From: Candidatus Uhrbacteria bacterium
GTDB taxonomy: Bacteria; Patescibacteriota; Patescibacteriia; UBA9934; GWF2-40-263
DNA: 64,000 nt
Reading direction: 5' to 3'
Assembly (NCBI GenBank): GCA_016188475.1
Contig: JACPHT010000001.1
Location: forward strand, 138 to 64,137
Numbering within the stretch: position 1 is the first letter of the stretch; every line of letters begins with the position of its first letter. This document shows positions 51,190 to 57,691 of the stretch, piece after piece. Made by a program: the position numbers and the translations under genes. The notes beneath the pieces were generated by a model. That model ran no database searches, was not told the origin of the DNA, and worked only from the letters and a program-made list of their open reading frames with translations.

Positions 51190-51310
51190 GTACAACGTTC
51201 GCGCATAAGCGATGTTTGCCAGTTGTATAATATGCCGTTAGGCTTACAACTGGCAAATATGGGTGGAGCGACGAGGTACGAGGAGCGGAACCGTTTATGC
51301 GCTGTTAAGT
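51190..51310 (-). other. attC-like site (121 bp, branched subfamily)
   Basis: GTACAAC-gttc-GCGCATAAGCG...CGTTTATGCGC-t-GTTAAGT. Confidence 0.8.
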
Positions 51311-51326
51311 GATGTGTTTGAGAATT

Positions 51327-52034
51327 CTACTTCAAATAGGTTTCCAGATTTTTGACCATTCGCCCCACATAAAGGTTTAGGCTTTTTTGGCCAATTTCCT
51401 TATTAACAATCCAATCGGGATGATTATCTGCAATTCCATTCGGACTTTTTTCAGCTATATTATCAGTTTCAAAGGCATCTTCGATGAAGGTCTTTTTTTC
51501 GTCTTTGCTTGGCGGAATGACAGTCGCTTCATCTATTACCATCATGTTTGAAATTTCGGTATTGCCTGCATGTCCATCTGATGGACCGCCAAGCATTTCA
51601 ACAAGCTTTTGTTCATCCTCATCGTTGCACATCTCAAGATGAACTATTTTAGCGGGCTGAAAAAAGTCCGATTTTTCTCGGATAAACTTTTGAATATATG
51701 GGTCATTATGATGAAACGATGTAATGAAAATATAATCTGCTTTTTGAAAAATAGAATTGCAGATATCAAACATTACTTGAGCAAGTGTTTCTTCGGTAAG
51801 ATAGACTGTGCCAAAAAAGCCACGGTGCTCTTGTGCACGAGAGAACTCTAACGTTGGAAGAATTACCAGCTCAGGAAACTGTTTCTCAACTTGATCAACA
51901 AGATAGTCAGTAATATACGTGTCAGTACCGAAGGGGGCGAATGGTCCATGTTGCTCAAGCGAACCTATTGGAACGACGAAATTGTATTTTGTATCACCAG
52001 ATAAATCTGGAAACCTCATTCTTTTTAATCTCAT
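51327..52034 (-). CDS. Cassette: creatininase-family amidohydrolase
   Basis: PIGSLEQHGP..P.GTD, EH..F.GT, DGHAG..E.S. Confidence 0.9.
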   Translation of the reverse strand: MRLKRMRFPDLSGDTKYNFVVPIGSLEQHGPFAPFGTDTYITDYLVDQVEKQFPELVILPTLEFSRAQEHRGFFGTVYLTEETLAQVMFDICNSIFQKADYIFITSFHHNDPYIQKFIREKSDFFQPAKIVHLEMCNDEDEQKLVEMLGGPSDGHAGNTEISNMMVIDEATVIPPSKDEKKTFIEDAFETDNIAEKSPNGIADNHPDWIVNKEIGQKSLNLYVGRMVKNLETYLK

Positions 52035-52073
52035 ATTTTTAGTATAGATGAATTCTCAAACATTTCACTTAAC

Positions 52074-52215
52074 GGCCGGCGGCTGATCCGAAGTAAAAAG
52101 ACACCTGACGTTTTTATGTTACAGGTGTCTTTTTATTTTGGATAGCCGCCTGTTGTGCGACGTCGCTTTGCGACGGAGCGCAACAGAGGCGAAGCCGCCG
52201 GCATGTCGGCATAAC
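52074..52215 (-). repeat. ORF-less mini-cassette, copy 7 (first position; internal 23-bp deletion)
   Basis: Direct match; ends at GGCATAAC next to non-palindromic sequence. Confidence 0.9.
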
Positions 52216-52250
52216 TAGTAAATATACGAACTTGTGTCGGATAAAATACT
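52209..52250 (-). other. Putative attI-like insertion site
   Basis: Last GTT core (GTTATGC on the - strand) has no hairpin partner; imperfect direct repeat TGTCGG(C)ATAA at ~52204 and ~52235. Confidence 0.6.
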
Positions 52251-52371
52251 TTGAAAATGAATTATATGATGTGAGTAACCTGCGTTGACAAGTACATGAA
52301 ATCATGTAACAATAAGATTGTAAATAACCTCCTATTCTAATCTTGATGGGCGGTTTTTTTATATCTTCAAT

Positions 52372-53202
52372 ATGTTTTTAATTTCTAATACCGAACAAGC
52401 GTTGTTGTCTATTGACCAACTTCTACGCATAAAAAATTACAGTCCAAAAACAATAAAAAGTTACAAGGGCTGTTTGGCTAGATTCTTAAAACAGTTTCCT
52501 GATTGTTTGAACTATTCAAACATCGAGTGTATCAAAACATTCCTTTTATCCATGCGCGAATCTGGATTATCTCCTCAAACTATCAATGTACATCTTCAGG
52601 CAATACAATTTTATTTTCGTGAAATCTTACATCAACCATTCCGTTTCACTCTACCATACGCAAAACGACCGAAACGGTTGCCTGTCATACTTTCTAGATC
52701 AGAAATTGAACAAATTCTAAACCATATATCAAACACAAAACATAAAACCATGATCGCTCTGGCTTATGGGGCGGGACTCCGTGTCTCTGAAGTGGTTGAG
52801 TTGCGCTCTGGAAACGTAGATTTTCCTTCCGGAGTTTTATATATTTATCAAAGTAAAGGCAAAAAAGATCGTATAACAATTCTTCCAGAAATATTGCGCG
52901 ATGAATTACAAAAAGCGGTTTGTGGAAAATCACCGAACGATTATCTTTTTGCCAGCGAACGAGGCGGACGTTTGTCTGAACGTTCAATTCAAAAAGTATT
53001 TTCTCGTGCGCTTCATTCAACACAGATAAACAAACAAGCAACATTTCATTCACTGCGTCATAGCTTCGCAACACACGTTTTGGAACAAGGAACTGACATC
53101 AGATTCATTCAAAAACTTCTTGGCCATGCAAATATTAGAACAACACAAATTTACACTCACGTTTCAACAGCTTCTATCAGTGCAATCAAAAGCCCGCTAT
53201 AG
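52372..53202 (+). CDS. Tyrosine recombinase (integron-associated, XerD-like, lacking the IntI insertion)
   Basis: N-terminal SAM-like domain (NYSPKTIKSY); catalytic R (GLRVSE), K (SKGKKDR), HSLRHSFATH, LGH, Y (TQIYTH); divergent from the array. Confidence 0.93.
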   Translation: MFLISNTEQALLSIDQLLRIKNYSPKTIKSYKGCLARFLKQFPDCLNYSNIECIKTFLLSMRESGLSPQTINVHLQAIQFYFREILHQPFRFTLPYAKRPKRLPVILSRSEIEQILNHISNTKHKTMIALAYGAGLRVSEVVELRSGNVDFPSGVLYIYQSKGKKDRITILPEILRDELQKAVCGKSPNDYLFASERGGRLSERSIQKVFSRALHSTQINKQATFHSLRHSFATHVLEQGTDIRFIQKLLGHANIRTTQIYTHVSTASISAIKSPL

Positions 53203-53212
53203 ACAAAATAAT

Positions 53213-54319
53213 TTATTCCCGTGAGAGCCACCTCTCAGCATCAAGAGCGGCAACACAACCCGAACCGGCGGCTGTGACAGCTTGGCGATAATACGGATCA
53301 ATCACATCGCCTCCAGCAAATACTCCTTCAACACTTGTTTTTGAAGTGTTTGGTTTCACAACAATATATCCTTTGCGATCAAGTTCAAGTTGATTGACAA
53401 ACAAATCTGTGTTTGGTTGATGTCCAATCGCGACAAACAATCCATCAGCGGAAAAATCTGAAACAACGTTTGTGACATTATTCAAAACTCGAACTGCATT
53501 CATTCTTTTTCCATCGCCTAGAACCTCTTGAACTTCTGTGTTAAACATAAATCCAATCTTCGGATTCTTCATCGCTCGCTCCTGCATAATCTTTGACGCG
53601 CGCAACTCATTTCGTCTGTGTATCACTGTTACTTTGCTTGCAAAATGTGTAAGAAAATTCGCTTCCTCCATTGCCACGTCTCCGCCACCAACCACAATAA
53701 CGTGCTTGTCCTTGAAAAAAAATCCGTCACACGTTGCGCATGCGGAAACGCCGCGACCTTGATATTCTTTTTCACCTGGAACATTCAACCACAATGCTTT
53801 CGCGCCAGTACAGATAATAATCGCTTGGCTTGAATATACCGCTTCGTTTGTTTTTACAATAAATGGTAAAGATTGCTTCGCGGAGTTTACAATGAACGAA
53901 GATAAATTTATGCCTTCGACAAGCTCAGGCAATAAATTTGTCTGGGTCGAATGACTCGAAATGATATTTTTTTGTTCGACAAGCTCAGGCAATAAATTTA
54001 TAGGAGTCAAAGGGCTCGTAGTGACGGTCTTTTGTCGAGCGGAAAAATCAACTGAAACCACATCGTCGCTCACAATTCGAGTTCCAAATCGTTCAGCTTG
54101 TTTCTTGAAACGTTCCATGAGTTCTGGTCCAATTAACCCTTCTGGAAATCCGGGAAAATTTTCAACTTCGTTTGTTAACATCAACTGCCCTCCAGGCTGT
54201 CCGCCAATCTGTTTTCCTTCAAACAAAAGCGGTCGCAACTGCGCGCGCGCCGCGTAAATTGCCGCCGTATATCCAGCCGGACCAGAACCGATAATGATAA
54301 GATTTTCTGACGTACTCAC
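53213..54319 (-). CDS. trxB: Thioredoxin-disulfide reductase with in-frame palindromic insert
   Basis: GSGPAG, GGQL, CATCDG, GGGD.A.EEA, QAVTAAG.G. Confidence 0.96.
   Translation of the reverse strand: MSTSENLIIIGSGPAGYTAAIYAARAQLRPLLFEGKQIGGQPGGQLMLTNEVENFPGFPEGLIGPELMERFKKQAERFGTRIVSDDVVSVDFSARQKTVTTSPLTPINLLPELVEQKNIISSHSTQTNLLPELVEGINLSSFIVNSAKQSLPFIVKTNEAVYSSQAIIICTGAKALWLNVPGEKEYQGRGVSACATCDGFFFKDKHVIVVGGGDVAMEEANFLTHFASKVTVIHRRNELRASKIMQERAMKNPKIGFMFNTEVQEVLGDGKRMNAVRVLNNVTNVVSDFSADGLFVAIGHQPNTDLFVNQLELDRKGYIVVKPNTSKTSVEGVFAGGDVIDPYYRQAVTAAGSGCVAALDAERWLSRE
53871..54025. repeat. Nested, partly duplicated REP-like element in frame within trxB
   Basis: Near-copy of 36288-36382 plus a second TTCGACAAGCTCAGGCAATAAATTT. 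Confidence 0.85.
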
Positions 54320-54330
54320 AAAATATAGAA

Positions 54331-54364
54331 ATTATATTGCCTTCGACAGGCTCAGGCAATAATT
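54331..54364. repeat. REP-like palindrome between trxA and trxB
   Basis: ATTGCCTTCGACAGGCTCAGGCAAT. Confidence 0.8.
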
Positions 54365-54365
54365 T

Positions 54366-54677
54366 TTAGATATACTTCTCCAATTTTTCTTTCAACTGAT
54401 CTTTGCTCATTGTTCCTGAAAATTGTTCAACTGGTTGACCGCCTTTGAAAATGATAAAAGTAGGTATAGATAAAATGTTATATCTCTGCGCAAGTTCCGA
54501 ATGATCATCAACATTCACTTTTCCAACTTCAACTCCTTCAATCTCACCAGAAAGCTGTTCAACGATCGGACCCATGATTTTACATGGCCCGCACCACGGA
54601 GCCCAAAAATCCACAAAAACAGGTTTAGCAGATTGTAAAACGATTTGATCAAAATTTTCAGTCGTGAGTGATAACAT
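54366..54677 (-). CDS. trxA: Thioredoxin
   Basis: DFWAPWCGPCK, SIPT. Confidence 0.97.
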   Translation of the reverse strand: MLSLTTENFDQIVLQSAKPVFVDFWAPWCGPCKIMGPIVEQLSGEIEGVEVGKVNVDDHSELAQRYNILSIPTFIIFKGGQPVEQFSGTMSKDQLKEKLEKYI

Positions 54678-54680
54678 ATT

Positions 54681-56717
54681 TTATCTTTGACGAATTCCTT
54701 CAATTTTTAATTTTTGAGCAATGCTTTCTTCTGAATACGCTTCAAGCAAATCCCCTTCTTCAGGTTTAATTTTGCCGATGTAACTTATCCCAATCTCTTG
54801 ACCTTCTTTTGCTTCTTTCATTATTGACTTTCCAAGCTGCAAACTCTCGATAGAACCTTCGCCAATATATTCTCCATTTCTTGATAAGCGCAATTTCGCT
54901 CCGGGTTTCAAACTTCCTTTTTTCACTCGTCCGCCAATAATCCAGCCCTTGTCGTTTTTGTGAAAGTTCTTGAGCACTCCGAACGTTCCGAGTTCTGTAA
55001 CAACCTGTTCTGATGGAAGCATTTTTTGCATATCAACCATGATTGCTTCGAACAATTTGTAAATGATCTGATATTGTCGAATTTCAACTTTCTTGTCGCG
55101 CGAAAGTTGTTCAGCTGTTGTTGTTGGACGGACATTAAATCCTATGATGATCGCATGCGCGGCTTCAGCGCTTAACACATCAGAATCAGTAATGTTGCCA
55201 AGTCCTTTTTGAACAACCTTCACACCAACTTTATCATGATGAATCTTGTCGAGCATTCCCAAAATTGCTTCAAGCGACCCAAGAACATCACATCTGATAA
55301 TAAGATTCAAAACTTGTTTTCCGCTGTCTGATGATTCCACAGATTCGTCGTGAGATTGCAAATGGCGAATTGAAGCGACCTCTTCAGTAGCTTTGAACGA
55401 GGAGTCGGTTGATTTGATTCTTTTAAGCTCAGTTGATTTATCCGGAACTTCCATTATGTCTCCAACCGCTGGCGCAATTTTCCATCCAATAATTTTTGCA
55501 GGTGTTGAAGGAGGAGCTTCAGTGATCGCGTCGCCTTTCCAGTCTTGCATTGCTCGCACGCGACCATAAAGAGTGTCATGAACTGAAAGCGTGTCTCCAA
55601 CATGCAATGTTCCGCTTTGAACAAGCACTGTTGCGACAGGCCCAGAGCCTGAATCAACATGAGACTCGATTGTTGTCCCAAGCGCGCGATGATTTGGATT
55701 CGCGACAATGCGTTCTTTTTCCATGTCAGCAACAAGAATAAGTGTGTCAAGCAGTCCTTCAATGTTCGTTCCTTGTTTTGCTGAAATCAAAGACACTATT
55801 GTCTTCCCTCCCCAATCTTCAGGAACCAAATTTAGTTCTGACAATTCGCCTTTAACTTTATCAATGTTTGCTTCTGGTCTATCTATTTTGTTGATCGCGA
55901 CAATAAATGGAAGCCCTGCGGATTTGATAATATCAATCGCCTCTTTTGTTTGCGGCTGAACTCCATCATCAGCGGCAACAACCAAAATCGCGATGTCAGC
56001 TACTTTTGCGCCACGCGAACGCATAACAGTAAAAGCCTCGTGACCTGGAGTATCAATAAAAGTTATGTGCCTTCCATTTCGTTCAACTTGATACGCTCCG
56101 ATATGCTGTGTAATTCCACCAGCTTCAGATTCCATTACGTTCGTTTTTCGAATGGCATCGAGAAGTTTTGTTTTTCCATGATCAACGTGCCCCATCACAA
56201 CAACAACAGGAGCTCGCGGAAGTAAATTTTCGTCGACTTCTTTTTCAACACGATCGCGAATTTTTTCAAGGCCTCCAGTGTCTTCCTCTTTTGACTTTTC
56301 TTCTTGCACTGGAGCGAAACCAAGATCTTCAGCAATGATACTTGCTGTATCAAAATCAATTTGCTGGTTGATCGAAGCTAAAATTCCATTCTTCATTAGC
56401 TCTTGCATGACTCTAGGAACTGGCAATTCTAAACTTGATGCAAAATCTCGAACAGAAATCTTGGCTGGAATAGAAACTGGCTTGCGTTGAGCTGGTTCAA
56501 TGTCTTGTTTTCTGTCTGTATGAGACTTTTGAATTTCAACTTTTTGCGCTAGTCTTTGCTTGCGCATCATTTCAGCCCAAGCTTCAGTTATTTTTTGAGC
56601 CTGGCGGTTATCAATTTTGATTGCGCGCTGGCCAACACTAAAACCAAGCTCTGGCAATTTGTCGCGCAAGAGATTCGGGTGGACTTTCAGTCGTCGCGCA
56701 AGTTCGGTAATATTCAT
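54681..56717 (-). CDS. infB: Translation initiation factor IF-2
   Basis: [30 protein letters not shown]. Confidence 0.97.
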   Translation of the reverse strand: MNITELARRLKVHPNLLRDKLPELGFSVGQRAIKIDNRQAQKITEAWAEMMRKQRLAQKVEIQKSHTDRKQDIEPAQRKPVSIPAKISVRDFASSLELPVPRVMQELMKNGILASINQQIDFDTASIIAEDLGFAPVQEEKSKEEDTGGLEKIRDRVEKEVDENLLPRAPVVVVMGHVDHGKTKLLDAIRKTNVMESEAGGITQHIGAYQVERNGRHITFIDTPGHEAFTVMRSRGAKVADIAILVVAADDGVQPQTKEAIDIIKSAGLPFIVAINKIDRPEANIDKVKGELSELNLVPEDWGGKTIVSLISAKQGTNIEGLLDTLILVADMEKERIVANPNHRALGTTIESHVDSGSGPVATVLVQSGTLHVGDTLSVHDTLYGRVRAMQDWKGDAITEAPPSTPAKIIGWKIAPAVGDIMEVPDKSTELKRIKSTDSSFKATEEVASIRHLQSHDESVESSDSGKQVLNLIIRCDVLGSLEAILGMLDKIHHDKVGVKVVQKGLGNITDSDVLSAEAAHAIIIGFNVRPTTTAEQLSRDKKVEIRQYQIIYKLFEAIMVDMQKMLPSEQVVTELGTFGVLKNFHKNDKGWIIGGRVKKGSLKPGAKLRLSRNGEYIGEGSIESLQLGKSIMKEAKEGQEIGISYIGKIKPEEGDLLEAYSEESIAQKLKIEGIRQR

Positions 56718-56759
56718 AAAATCAACACGAGTGTAATTCAAAATTCAAATAATGTCTAT

Positions 56760-57479
56760 ATGAATGGATTTTTGCTTATCAATAAACCGGAAGGACCGAC
56801 ATCTCATGATATTGTTGATTCTGTACGTAGAAATATCCAACCTCCGACTTCCAACCTCCGACTTCCGAAAGTTGGGCATGCCGGAACGCTTGATCCTTTT
56901 GCATCTGGACTTTTAATTGTTGGCGTTGGACGCGAAGCAACGCGTGAAATGCAAAAACTTGTTGGTTTAGATAAAACTTATGAGGCAGTGTTTGTTTTGG
57001 GAGCTTCATCTGATACTGATGATAAAACTGGGAAAATAACTTTGGTCCATCCACAAGAACCTTTGACGCAAGAACGTGTTCAAGAAGCTCTCAAACAATT
57101 TATTGGTGAAATAGAACAAACGCCACCGGTATATTCCGCGATAAAAATAGGCGGAAAAAAAATGTACGAAGCCGCTCGTGAAGGAAAACCAATAGAAGCT
57201 AAAGCAAGAGAAGTGACGATATATTCCATGAGCGAAGTCCAGTTTATCCCTTCGACTAGCTCAGGGAATAAACTGGACAAAGTCGAACGGGCGACTATCT
57301 CTTTAACCATTCACTGCTCATCCGGCACATATATCCGCGCGATCGCGCGAGATCTTGGGCAGGTGCTTGGCACTGGCGGATATGTTGAATCTCTTCGTCG
57401 AACAAAAATCGGACCGTTCGATATTTCTGAATGTAGCGAGTCAATTATTCCAATAAGTGCCTTTTTATCGAGGCTTTGA
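56760..57479 (+). CDS. truB: tRNA pseudouridine(55) synthase with in-frame inserts
   Basis: KVGHAGTLDPFASG, PPVYSAIK, CSSGTYIRA. Start ATG at 56760. Confidence 0.95.
   Translation: MNGFLLINKPEGPTSHDIVDSVRRNIQPPTSNLRLPKVGHAGTLDPFASGLLIVGVGREATREMQKLVGLDKTYEAVFVLGASSDTDDKTGKITLVHPQEPLTQERVQEALKQFIGEIEQTPPVYSAIKIGGKKMYEAAREGKPIEAKAREVTIYSMSEVQFIPSTSSGNKLDKVERATISLTIHCSSGTYIRAIARDLGQVLGTGGYVESLRRTKIGPFDISECSESIIPISAFLSRL
57226..57291. repeat. Nested REP-like element in frame within truB
   Basis: CCATGAGCGAAG-TCCAGTTTATCCCTTCGACTAGCTCAGGGAATAAACTGGA-CAAAGTCGAACGG. Confidence 0.8.
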
Positions 57480-57529
57480 CAAGTTACAGTTTTTTTGTTA
57501 ATCTTTTTTCGTCCTTTAATGATTTTACC

Positions 57530-57676
57530 GTTTCCGAAGAAGTCGCATTTGCGTGGCTTTTGCCCTCTATGCAATCAATTCGTCTCGCTAGCAACCAGAA
57601 TCTCAATTTATCCTTCTGCGTGAAGGCGATGTTGTTGTCATAGAACCAAAACCCGCAAAATGAGGCTTCTCGAAAC
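57530..57676 (+). ncRNA. Candidate 6S RNA or structured rny leader
   Basis: ~147-nt imperfect rod hairpin after TTGACA (57476) and just before rny. Confidence 0.4.
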
Positions 57677-57691
57677 ATAACGAGAAGTTTT

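Larger units (their letters stand above)
40830..53202. mobile_element. Integron-like platform: tyrosine recombinase, attI-like site and cassette array on the - strand
   Basis: Co-oriented short genes separated by AAC...GTT hairpins. The 7-bp core matches across each cassette body (e.g. GTTAGGC/GCCTAAC, GTTCAAC/GTTGAAC), not across each hairpin. Confidence 0.9.

Noticed and set aside
41686-52215. The seven repeats as a CRISPR array
   Set aside because: Units are 134-165 bp and are separated by whole genes (0.6-2.8 kb); no cas genes are present.
52226-52240. LexA box upstream of the recombinase (CGAACTTGTGTCG)
   Set aside because: The right half does not match GTTC; too weak.
41767-52305. ORFs overlapping the repeat (41767-42036, 43060-43278, 45322-45587, 52114-52305 and others)
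   Set aside because: They start and stop at different places in each copy and cross cassette boundaries; they are by-products of GC-rich palindromes.
52261-52313. Pc and Pint promoters
   Set aside because: TATAAT (- strand, 52261-52266) and TTGACA (+ strand, 52285-52290) are present, but their partner boxes are poor; not called.
52372-53202. Calling the recombinase intI or xerC/xerD
   Set aside because: It lacks the IntI insertion, and its context argues against a housekeeping Xer; no symbol given.
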